From Thermoleophilaceae bacterium (GTDB lineage: Bacteria > Actinomycetota > Thermoleophilia > Solirubrobacterales > Thermoleophilaceae), in assembly GCA_035650215.1 (NCBI GenBank), contig DASRIC010000002.1, positions 18,515 to 82,514 on the forward strand: a stretch of 64,000 nucleotides of DNA, written 5' to 3'. A program made the position numbers and the translations under genes. Below are positions 18,639-27,099 of this stretch, one piece after another. The notes beneath the pieces were generated by a model. The model had not been told where the DNA came from. It made no database searches and saw only the letters and a program-made list of their open reading frames with translations. Position 1 is the first letter of the stretch; each line of letters begins with the position of its first letter.

Positions 18639-19455
18639 CGCGCCCGATCAGGCGGTCCATCACCCGCGCGGGCAGGACGGCGGCCAGCCGGACGCGCAGC
18701 TTGGCGTCGCGCCCCACCAGGTAGCGGGCCCGCGGCCTGCTCGACGTGAGCGCCTCGCCGATCGCCTCGGCCACCACGCGCGGCTCGATGCCGCTCTCGG
18801 TCTCGATCCTCACAGTCTGTTTGCGCACGGCCTCGATGGTGCGCCCGTACAGGCGCTCGGCCTCCGGCGGCAGCTCCGCCAGGATCTCGTCGGCAAGGCG
18901 GTTGCTCGTGTCCCAGATCCGCGTCTTCACGCCGCCGGGCTCGATCACGATCACGTCGACTCCGTGCGCCCGCAGCTCGCGCCGCAGGGAGTCGCTCGCT
19001 CCCTCGAGCCCGAACTTCGAGGCGTTGTAGGCGCCGAGCAGGGGTAGCGCCACGCGGCCGCCGATCGAGCTCACGTTCACGATCCGGCCGCGCGCCGCGC
19101 GCAGGGACGGAAGAAAGGCCTGGGTGACCGCCAGCTGGCCCACGAGGTTGACCTCGAGCTGGTGCCGGAAGCGATCGAGCGGCAGGAACTCGAGCGGCGC
19201 CGCCACCCCGATACCCGCGTTGTTCACGAGCCCCGCGAGCGGAGCGTCGCCAAGCGCCTCCCGGGCGGCGGCGATCGTGCTCGCGTCCGTCACGTCGAGC
19301 TGTACGGCGCGCAGGCCCTCGGCGCGCAGCCGCTCGGCGTCCTCGTCCTTGCGCACGGCTCCGACGGCGTCGAAGCCGAGCTCCGCGAGGTGAAGCGCGG
19401 TCACGTGGCCGATCCCGCTCGAGGCGCCGGTGACCAGCACGGTTCCGGAGGGCAT
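18628..19455 (-). CDS. SDR-family oxidoreductase
   Basis: TGASSGIG cofactor motif, NNAG, and catalytic YNASK. Confidence 0.9.
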   Translation of the reverse strand: MPSGTVLVTGASSGIGHVTALHLAELGFDAVGAVRKDEDAERLRAEGLRAVQLDVTDASTIAAAREALGDAPLAGLVNNAGIGVAAPLEFLPLDRFRHQLEVNLVGQLAVTQAFLPSLRAARGRIVNVSSIGGRVALPLLGAYNASKFGLEGASDSLRRELRAHGVDVIVIEPGGVKTRIWDTSNRLADEILAELPPEAERLYGRTIEAVRKQTVRIETESGIEPRVVAEAIGEALTSSRPRARYLVGRDAKLRVRLAAVLPARVMDRLIGRAIG

Positions 19456-19476
19456 GTTGCGAGACTACCCGGGCCG

Positions 19477-19986
19477 ATGGAGCTGGCCGACGCAATCAGG
19501 ACCCGGCGCACGCACAAGGCCTACGCGCCCGAGCCGGTCGAGCGCGAGCTGCTCGACGAGCTGTTCGAGCTCGCGCGCTGGGCGCCCAACCATCACGTCA
19601 CGAACCCGTGGCGCTTTCGCGTGCTCGGCCCGGATTCGCTCGCCCGGCTGAAGGAGGCGGCCGGGGCCGAGGCCGCCGCCAAGCTCGAGCGCGCGCCCAC
19701 CCTCGTGGTGGCCTCGGCGGCTCAGAGCGGCGACCCGGTGCAGGACGAGGAGGATGTCTGCGCGGCGGCGGTCGCCAGCTACATCGTGTTGCTCGCAGCC
19801 CACGACCGTGGTCTGGCGGGCTACTGGCGCACGCCCGAGGTGCTGCGGCGCCCGGACGGACGCGCGGCCGTCGGCGTGGGTGAGGACGAGCACGTGATCG
19901 GCCTCCTCCACCTCGGCCGGGCACGGCAGGAGAAGTCGCCGCCCGAGCGGCAGGCTCCGGCCGACTTCGTAACGTACCTTCCGTGA
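19477..19986 (+). CDS. Nitroreductase-family protein
   Basis: MELADAIRTRRTHKAYAPEPV...LARWAPNHHVTNPWRF.... The start is set at the internal ATG 19477 of the track ORF. Confidence 0.8.
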   Translation: MELADAIRTRRTHKAYAPEPVERELLDELFELARWAPNHHVTNPWRFRVLGPDSLARLKEAAGAEAAAKLERAPTLVVASAAQSGDPVQDEEDVCAAAVASYIVLLAAHDRGLAGYWRTPEVLRRPDGRAAVGVGEDEHVIGLLHLGRARQEKSPPERQAPADFVTYLP

Positions 19987-21647
19987 TCCCGCGCGCCGAC
20001 GCGCTCGCATCGCTCGAACGCGACTCGTTCGACGTCGTGGTGGTGGGCGGAGGCATCACCGGCGCCGGGGTGGCGCTCGACGCCGCATCGCGCGGCTACA
20101 GCGTGGCGCTGGTCGAGCGGCGCGACTACGCGGCCGGCACCTCGAGCCGCTCGTCCAAGCTCGTGCACGGCGGGCTTCGCTACCTGCAGAACTTCGACCT
20201 CGGCCTGGTGCGCGAGGCGCTGCTCGAGCGCTCGCTGCTCGTGAAGCTCGCGCCCCACCTCGTCAAGCCGCTGCCGCTGCTCGTGCCGAGCTTCGACGGC
20301 AAGCGGCCGGCCCGGCTCACGGGCGTGGGGCTCAACATGTACGACGTGATGTCGTGGCGGCGAGGTCGCGACGGCGAGGAGGAGTGGAGCCCGGCCCGCC
20401 ACCGCACGATCGGGGCCGCCGAGACGCTGGACCTCGTGCCCGCGCTCGCGGCGCGCGAGCCGACCGCCGCGTACCTCTTCTACGACTGCCAGACCGACGA
20501 CGCCCGGCTCGTGCTCACGGTGCTCGCCGAGGCGGAGCGCTTCGGGGCCGTATGCGCAAACCGCTGCGAGGTGACCGGCCTGTTCGAGCGCGGTGGGAGG
20601 GCGGCCGGGGTACTTGTCCGCGACGCGGTGGACGGAGGCGAGTTCGAGCTGAGCGGCGCCAACGTGGTCAACGCCACGGGCGTCTGGGCCGACCGCCTGC
20701 GCCCGGACGAGCTGTACGCCGAGGAGGAGGTGCCGCGCATCCGGCCGAGCCGCGGCACGCACGTCGTGTTGTCGCGCGCCGACCTGGCGGTGGACGCCGG
20801 GGTGATCGTGCCCGCGGCGGGGGGCCGCACCGTGTTCGTGCTGCCGTGGCTCGGCCGCACGCTCGTGGGCACGACCGACAACGACTACGAGGGCGGGCTC
20901 GACCACATCCCGCCCTCGGGCGAGGACGTGGGCTACCTGCTGCACGCGCTCAACGGCTTCTTCGGGCTCTCGCTCGGGCCGCCGGATCTCGCCGGGGCAT
21001 ACGCCGGCGTGCGCCCGCTGATCTCGACCGGCGACCCCAAGAAGTCCGTGGACATCTCCCGCAGGGCAGAGCTGTACGAGACGAGCTCGGGCCTCGTGAC
21101 GATCACGGGCGGCAAGCTCACCACCTGGCGGCGCATGGCCAAGCTGGCGGTCGACCGGATCGTGGAGCGTGAGGGTCGCGAGGCGCCCTGCCGAACGGGG
21201 GAGATCCCCCTGGGTGAGCCGGTCGAGCCCGGCAGCTTGCCCGAGGTGGCGGGCGTCGACGACGAGAGCCGAGCCCATCTCGCCCGGCGCTACGGCCACG
21301 CGGCCCAGTTCGTGCTGCGGCTCGCCGGGGCCGCGCCGTCGCTTGCAGCGCGGATCAGCCCCGATCTGCCGGACATCGCAGCCGAGGCTGCCTACGCCGC
21401 CGGCCACGAGCAGGCCGGCTCGGTGGGCGATGTGCTGCTGCGGCGCACCCGCCTGGGGCTGCTCGATGCGCGCCGGCTGACCGCACTTGGCGCGACCGGG
21501 CCGCGCGCCGTGGCGCTGGCGATGGCCACGGAACTCGCCTGGGACGAGCGGCGGGTCGAGGCCGAGGTCGAGGGCTGGAGCGAGCTCGCTCAGCTCGAGG
21601 GCCTCGTACCGGGGCAGAGGAGGCAGCGTGATCCTGCGGCTGCGTGA
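19983..21647 (+). CDS. glpD: FAD-dependent glycerol-3-phosphate dehydrogenase
   Basis: FDVVVVGGGITGAGVALDAASRG...GTSSRSSKLVHGGLRYL.... GTGA overlap with the upstream stop. Confidence 0.9.
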   Translation: MIPRADALASLERDSFDVVVVGGGITGAGVALDAASRGYSVALVERRDYAAGTSSRSSKLVHGGLRYLQNFDLGLVREALLERSLLVKLAPHLVKPLPLLVPSFDGKRPARLTGVGLNMYDVMSWRRGRDGEEEWSPARHRTIGAAETLDLVPALAAREPTAAYLFYDCQTDDARLVLTVLAEAERFGAVCANRCEVTGLFERGGRAAGVLVRDAVDGGEFELSGANVVNATGVWADRLRPDELYAEEEVPRIRPSRGTHVVLSRADLAVDAGVIVPAAGGRTVFVLPWLGRTLVGTTDNDYEGGLDHIPPSGEDVGYLLHALNGFFGLSLGPPDLAGAYAGVRPLISTGDPKKSVDISRRAELYETSSGLVTITGGKLTTWRRMAKLAVDRIVEREGREAPCRTGEIPLGEPVEPGSLPEVAGVDDESRAHLARRYGHAAQFVLRLAGAAPSLAARISPDLPDIAAEAAYAAGHEQAGSVGDVLLRRTRLGLLDARRLTALGATGPRAVALAMATELAWDERRVEAEVEGWSELAQLEGLVPGQRRQRDPAAA

Positions 21648-22503
21648 CCGCGAGCTCGACCTGAGCGAGCCGATGCTGATGGGGATCGTGAACGCGACCC
21701 CGGACTCGTTCTCGGATCGCCAGGGCGCGAAGGACCTGGACGAGCTCACGCGGCTGGCCGAGGCACAGTTCGCCGACGGCGCCGCGATCGTGGACGTGGG
21801 GGGCGAGTCCGGGCGCACCGACACCGAGGTCGTCTCGGTCGACGAGGAGATCGCGCGCGTGCGGCCGCTGGTGGAGCGTCTGGCGGCGGACGGCATGACC
21901 GTGTCGGTGGACACCTGGCGGGTGCCGGTGGCGCGCGCCGTGCTCGAGGCCGGGGCGGCGATGATCAACGACGTGAGCGGACTCTCCGACGAGCGGCTGG
22001 CCGCCGAGTGCGCCGCGGCCGGCGCCGCCCTCGTGATCACGCACACACGCGCGCGCCCGAAGGAGAAGCTGTTCCCGCCCTACGACGACGTGGTGGCCGA
22101 CGTGCTCGAGCTGCTCGCGGAGCGCGAGCAGGTGGCGCGCGCGCACGGCGTTGCCGGGGAGTCGATCGTGCTCGACCCCGGGATCGACCTCGCCAAGACG
22201 CCCGCCGAGTCGGTGGAGCTGCTGCGCGAGCTGGACCGCCTCACGGCGCTCGGTCGCCCGCTGCTGGTGGCGGTCTCGCGCAAGGACTTCCTCGGCGTGC
22301 TCACCGGCCGGCCGCCCGCCGCCCGCGACCCGGGCACGCTCGCCGCCGTGGGCGCGGCGCTCCGTCGCGGCGCGCGGATCCTGCGGGTGCACGACGTGGC
22401 GGCCGCTCGCGACTACCTGCGCGTGCACGCCGCGCTCGAGGGCGGGCGCGCACTGGAGCCCGAGCGGCGGCTCGAGGGCGACCTGATGCGGGAGCGCGCA
22501 TGA
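21628..22503 (+). CDS. folP: Dihydropteroate synthase
   Basis: GIVNATPDSFSD, VDVGGES, INDVSG and RVHDV motifs. GTG start with GGCAGAGGAGG upstream. Confidence 0.9.
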   Translation: MILRLRDRELDLSEPMLMGIVNATPDSFSDRQGAKDLDELTRLAEAQFADGAAIVDVGGESGRTDTEVVSVDEEIARVRPLVERLAADGMTVSVDTWRVPVARAVLEAGAAMINDVSGLSDERLAAECAAAGAALVITHTRARPKEKLFPPYDDVVADVLELLAEREQVARAHGVAGESIVLDPGIDLAKTPAESVELLRELDRLTALGRPLLVAVSRKDFLGVLTGRPPAARDPGTLAAVGAALRRGARILRVHDVAAARDYLRVHAALEGGRALEPERRLEGDLMRERA

Positions 22504-23288
22504 GCACGATCACGATCGCCCAGCTGTCCGACCTCCACTGCGGCTCGCCGCACTTCGTGCCTACCCTGCTCGACCGGGCCATCGTTGAGGTGAACGAGCT
22601 CCGCCCCGACATCGTGATCGTCTCGGGCGATCTCACGGGCGACGGGCTGCGCGGCGAGTTCCAGCAGGCGGCGGACTATCTCGCCCGGCTCGACTGCGAG
22701 CGCCTGATCGTGATCCCCGGCAACCACGACTCGCGGAACGTCGGCTACGTGCACTTCGAAGAGCTCGTGGGCGAGCGCAGCTCGACGCTTCACCACAACG
22801 GCCTTTCGATCGTGGCCGTCGACTCGACCGAGCCGGATCTCGACCACGGCGTGATCGGGCGCGGGCGCTACCCCTGGATCATCGAGCGCTTCGAGGAGCA
22901 GGAAGCCTTCCTGCGCATCTTCGTGCTCCACCATCACCTGCTGCCGGTGCCAGGAACGGGGCGCGAGCGCAACGTGGTGCACGACGCCGGCGACACGCTC
23001 GAGACACTTCAGCGCGCCGACGTGCACCTCGTGCTGTCCGGGCACAAGCACGTGTCGTACGCGTGGCGGCTCGAGAACCTGTTCGTGGTCAACGCCGGCA
23101 CCGTGTCCACCACCCGCCTGCGGGGCAAGACGAAGCCCTGTTACAACCTGATCGAGGCGTCGCCCGAGCGGGTCACGGTGTTCCGCAAGTACCCCTTCCA
23201 CGAGCAGGACGCGATCCTCTCGTTCGACCCCCGGACCTACGACTACGAGAAGGACCAGGGGCTTCTCGGCGAGACAGCCACCGGCTGA
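22500..23288 (+). CDS. Calcineurin-like metallophosphoesterase
   Basis: SDLHCG, SGDLTGDG, GNHD, HHHL and GHKH motif series. ATGA overlap with folP. Confidence 0.85.
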   Translation: MSTITIAQLSDLHCGSPHFVPTLLDRAIVEVNELRPDIVIVSGDLTGDGLRGEFQQAADYLARLDCERLIVIPGNHDSRNVGYVHFEELVGERSSTLHHNGLSIVAVDSTEPDLDHGVIGRGRYPWIIERFEEQEAFLRIFVLHHHLLPVPGTGRERNVVHDAGDTLETLQRADVHLVLSGHKHVSYAWRLENLFVVNAGTVSTTRLRGKTKPCYNLIEASPERVTVFRKYPFHEQDAILSFDPRTYDYEKDQGLLGETATG

Positions 23289-23377
23289 TCCCCGCACTTC
23301 TCGGCGAGTGCCGTAATTCGGTCCCCGCACCCCCGTTCGGGTCGATAGTGGACACGGACCTGAAGGAGGACCCCCCA

Positions 23378-25012
23378 ATGTTGGCTCGCACCCTCGCAGT
23401 GGCCGCCCTCGGCCTGGGCGCGCTCTTCGCCGCCGGCTCCGCGCAGGCGGCGCCCCCGATCGTCGTCGGCCAAGCCACGTTCGACGGAGCACCTGACATC
23501 GCCGTCGATCCAGGCGGCACGGCTCACATCGCCTGGAACGACAGCGCGCCCGCCATCGACGAGGTGCGCTACTGCCGGCTGGCACGAGGAGCCGGCGGGT
23601 GCGCCGACTCCGAGACCTTCGTCGGCATCCAGCCAGGCGATCAGGACAGCGTCCACGGGCGCGCGCACGTGTTCTTCTCCGCACCCAACGCCGTCACGGT
23701 CTTTCACCAGCGCGGCCTGACCGGAAGCGGTCACATGATGGCCAACCGCTCCACGGACGGCGGTCTGACCTTCGGTGCGCGCAACCGCACCGGGGTGTCC
23801 TTCTCGAACAGCGCCGCCCCCGACGAGGCGGTGTACGGCCCCGGCAACTCGATCACCGCGATCACCGAGGTCACGACCGCGGGCGTTTTCGTTCAGAACG
23901 GCAGCCCGCTCGACAACACGCCTTCCTTGGGCGAGGCCCAGCTGCTCAGCAGCGACAGCGGCGAGGACGCCTCGATCGGCATCGACCCGGCCGACAACAA
24001 GCCGGTCGCCGTGTACGAGATCCAGAGCGATCCCGCCCAGCTGGCCTGGCGCAAGCTCGCCGGATCGCCCACCGAGGCGAACATCAACACGCCGGCCCAG
24101 TGGGGTCCGCAGAACATCCTCTCGGCCGACCACATCTCCGCGGCCGACGGCACCGCCCTGGCCGGCGGGCCGAACGGGCTCTTCCTGTTCTTCCAGCAGC
24201 GCCAGCCAGATCGCGGCTGGGTCTCGAAGTTCACCGGCAGCGGCTGGACCGCGCCCGTGCTGATCAGCGACGGTCGCCCGTTCAACCAGTACGACCTGCA
24301 TCAGGACGCGAGCGGGCGCCTGCATGCGGTGTGGAACGCCTACAGCGACGAGCGGCTGCGCTACACGTGGTCCGACGACGGCGTGAACTGGTCGGCCGCG
24401 GTGGACATCGCGCGCGGTGAGAGCTATCCCGATGTCAGGGTGGCCGCGGCGGCGGACCACCAGGGCTTCGCCGTCTGGAACCGGGGCGGCCCCGACGTGA
24501 TGGCCGTGCCGCTCGAGGCCCTGCCCGAGCCGCCCGTGTCGCCCGACGTGCCGCCGCTGGACACCACCGCTCCTGCCGTGTCCGGCTTCGGCATCAGCGG
24601 CACGACGCTGCTGCCCGGCCAGGGCGCGAGCTTCGTGTTCAACGCGACCGAGGCCGGCACCGCGGTGCTCACGATCCAGAAGCGGGTCAAGGGCCTCAAG
24701 ATGAAGAAGGGCGGGCGGCTGCGCTGCGTGCCACGCACGCGCAAGCTGCTGCGCCGGCTGCGCAGCTCGGTCGACTCCGCCGTGGCCTACCGGCGGCTGC
24801 TGCGCAAGCGGCGCTGCAAGGTCTACAAGGGGATCGGGCGCATCCGCCAGGCGGTCGGCGCCGGCACCAACACGATCGTCTTCAACGGCCGCATCGCGGG
24901 CCGCAAGCTCGGCCCGGGCCGCTACCGGGCGCTCCTGAAGCTCACCGACCTGACGGGCAACGTCTCGCGCACCGAGGTCGTGCGCTTCCGGGTGCTGCGG
25001 CGCCGCCGCTGA
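23378..25012 (+). CDS. Secreted BNR/Asp-box (sialidase-fold-like) protein with a C-terminal Ig-like domain and a very basic tail
   Basis: RBS GAAGGAGGA and signal peptide ...AAGSAQA. Asp-boxes STDGGLTF and SDDGVNWS. C-terminus ...RFRVLRRRR. Confidence 0.65.
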   Translation: MLARTLAVAALGLGALFAAGSAQAAPPIVVGQATFDGAPDIAVDPGGTAHIAWNDSAPAIDEVRYCRLARGAGGCADSETFVGIQPGDQDSVHGRAHVFFSAPNAVTVFHQRGLTGSGHMMANRSTDGGLTFGARNRTGVSFSNSAAPDEAVYGPGNSITAITEVTTAGVFVQNGSPLDNTPSLGEAQLLSSDSGEDASIGIDPADNKPVAVYEIQSDPAQLAWRKLAGSPTEANINTPAQWGPQNILSADHISAADGTALAGGPNGLFLFFQQRQPDRGWVSKFTGSGWTAPVLISDGRPFNQYDLHQDASGRLHAVWNAYSDERLRYTWSDDGVNWSAAVDIARGESYPDVRVAAAADHQGFAVWNRGGPDVMAVPLEALPEPPVSPDVPPLDTTAPAVSGFGISGTTLLPGQGASFVFNATEAGTAVLTIQKRVKGLKMKKGGRLRCVPRTRKLLRRLRSSVDSAVAYRRLLRKRRCKVYKGIGRIRQAVGAGTNTIVFNGRIAGRKLGPGRYRALLKLTDLTGNVSRTEVVRFRVLRRRR

Positions 25013-25045
25013 GCGTGCGGCGGGCGCGGCGGCGACAATGCCGCC

Positions 25046-26227
25046 GTGCCCGCCATCGCGCTCATCGACGGGGAGCACCATCCCGCCGCGGTCCGGGACG
25101 CCCTCGCCGGCCTCGAGCTGGCGGGGGTGATCTTCTGCGGCGGTGAGGAGAAGCTGCCGCCGGGGCCGCTCGAGGAGCACTACGGGCTGCCGGTCGAGAC
25201 CGATCCGGAGCCCGCCCTGCGGCGGCTCGCGCCCGCGGCTGACGCCGTGCTCGACCTGGCCGACGAGCCGGTCCTTCCCGCGTCGGCCAAGTTGCGGGTG
25301 GCGGCGCTGGCGCTCTCGCTCGGCCTGCGCTACGAGGCGCCCGGCGTGCTGCTGGAGCCGCCGCGCTATGAGCCGGTGGCCTTCGCGGGCCCCAAGCTCG
25401 CCGTGATCGGCACCGGCAAGCGCACCGGCAAGACGGCCGTGGCCGGGCACTGGGCCCGGCTGCTCGACGAGCTGGGCGCCGATCCGGTGGTGGTCTGCAT
25501 GGGTCGCGGCGGGCCCGCCAAGCCGCAGCTGGCCGGGGCGGACACCGATCTCGAAGGGTTGCTTCGGATCGCGGACGCCGGCGGCCACGCGGCGTCCGAC
25601 TTTCTCGAGGACGCGGTGGTGGCCGGGGTGCGCACGGTCGGCTGCCGGCGCGTGGGCGGGGGGTTCGCGGGCGCCCCGGCCGAGTCGAACGTGCCCGCCG
25701 GCGCCGCGCTCGCCGCCTCGCTCGAGCCGGGCGCGCTCGTGTTCGAGGGCTCCGGCGCGTGCGTGCCGCCGGTGGAGGTGGACCGCACCGTGTGCGTGCT
25801 CGGCGCGGGCGCGCCCGAGCCGTTCGCTGAGTACCGCGTGGCGCGCGCCCAGCTCGTGCTGGCGGCGCCGGGAGCGCAGGCGCCCCCGGCCGACGCGCTC
25901 CCGTTCGAGCTGCGCCCCGAGCCGCTCGAGCCGCTGCCGGACGGCGCTCGGGTGGCGCTGTTCACCACCGGCGCGCCGTCCGTTGCCGGAGTGGAGCCGC
26001 GCGTCTCGTCGACCAACCTCGCCCGCCGCGGCGCGCTGGCGGCGGACCTCGAGCGCGCCGGCCGGGAGGGCTGCGAGGTGTACCTCACCGAGCTCAAGGC
26101 AGCCGCAATCGACACGGTGGCGAGGCACGCCCGCCGGGCCGGTGCGCGCGTGGTGTTCGTGCGCAACCGCCCGGCGGGCGACGGGCTCGACGACGCGCTC
26201 GTCAACCTGTATCGCGATGCCGGCTGA
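25046..26227 (+). CDS. Cyclic 2,3-diphosphoglycerate synthetase-like protein
   Basis: GTG start and P-loop-like VIGTGKRTGKTAV. Length and layout match my recollection of the archaeal cDPG synthetase family. The gene overlaps a 2-phosphoglycerate kinase gene by 11 nt. Confidence 0.6.
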   Translation: MPAIALIDGEHHPAAVRDALAGLELAGVIFCGGEEKLPPGPLEEHYGLPVETDPEPALRRLAPAADAVLDLADEPVLPASAKLRVAALALSLGLRYEAPGVLLEPPRYEPVAFAGPKLAVIGTGKRTGKTAVAGHWARLLDELGADPVVVCMGRGGPAKPQLAGADTDLEGLLRIADAGGHAASDFLEDAVVAGVRTVGCRRVGGGFAGAPAESNVPAGAALAASLEPGALVFEGSGACVPPVEVDRTVCVLGAGAPEPFAEYRVARAQLVLAAPGAQAPPADALPFELRPEPLEPLPDGARVALFTTGAPSVAGVEPRVSSTNLARRGALAADLERAGREGCEVYLTELKAAAIDTVARHARRAGARVVFVRNRPAGDGLDDALVNLYRDAG

Positions 26228-27062
26228 GACGATCGTCGTCCACAAGGGGCGCGGGTTGCCCTACTCGAAGGGGCTGATGGCGCAGTCGCTGTCGGCCACG
26301 GGGATCGGCCTCGAGCGGGCCTTCGAGCTCGCACGCCTGATCGAGGCCCGGCTCGCCAGCCGTGGCGACGACGAGATCGACACCGCGGCGCTCCAGGCGC
26401 TTGCCGAGGAAGTGCTGGTGGCCGAGGAGGGCGCGCCGGCGCTGCGCCGCTACCGCGGCTGGCGGCGGCTCGACCGGCTTGACCGCCCGCTCGTGGTCCT
26501 GATCGGCGGCACCACCGGCGTCGGCAAGTCGACGCTCGCCAGCATGCTCGCCGCCCGCCTCGGCGTGAACCGGGTGATCGCCACCGACGTGATCCGCCAG
26601 GTGCTGAGGGCGTTCTTCACCAGCGAGGCGATGCCGACCGTGCACCACTCCGCGTTCGAGGCCGGCGGCATCAGCGGCTACCGCGACCAGGCCGAGCGGG
26701 TGGGCACCGGCATCGCCGCCATCGTCGAGCGTGCCGCCAACGAGGCCAAGCCGGTGGTGGTGGAGGGCGTGCACGTGGTGCCCGGTGGCGTTCACCCGCG
26801 CGTCCGCGAGCGCTGCGTGCTCGTGGAGGCGCTCGTGGTGGTGGAGGACCCCGAGCTGCACATGGGCCACTTCTCCCACCGTCCGGGCACCCGCCCGGCG
26901 GAGCGCTACCTGGCGCGCTTCGAGGACATCCGGCGCCTGCAGGACCACCTCTGGGACCGGGCGCGCTCGGAGGGGGTGGTGGTCATCGACAACGACAGCG
27001 TCGACGGCACGCTCGCCCGGTTGATGGAGCTGGTGCTGGACGCCGTCGAGGAGGACCGCTAG
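26217..27062 (+). CDS. 2-phosphoglycerate kinase
   Basis: N-terminal ATP-cone-like segment (VVHKGRGLPYSKGLMAQSL...). Then P-loop IGGTTGVGKSTLA and ...VVEGVH.... Confidence 0.7.
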   Translation: MPAETIVVHKGRGLPYSKGLMAQSLSATGIGLERAFELARLIEARLASRGDDEIDTAALQALAEEVLVAEEGAPALRRYRGWRRLDRLDRPLVVLIGGTTGVGKSTLASMLAARLGVNRVIATDVIRQVLRAFFTSEAMPTVHHSAFEAGGISGYRDQAERVGTGIAAIVERAANEAKPVVVEGVHVVPGGVHPRVRERCVLVEALVVVEDPELHMGHFSHRPGTRPAERYLARFEDIRRLQDHLWDRARSEGVVVIDNDSVDGTLARLMELVLDAVEEDR

Positions 27063-27099
27063 TGGCGGCTGCAAGCACTAGTAGGGTTCGGCGCCGCCC

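Noticed and set aside
19821-22046. 741-aa minus-strand ORF, and the 800-aa plus-strand ORF at 41993..44395
   Set aside because: Both lie antisense or out of frame to glpD/folP and to the GH/MFS genes respectively. Composition is non-protein-like.
23243-26245. 1000-aa minus-strand ORF
   Set aside because: It lies antisense to the BNR protein and cDPG-synthetase-like genes. Low-complexity Arg/Gly/Ala/Pro composition; a shadow ORF.
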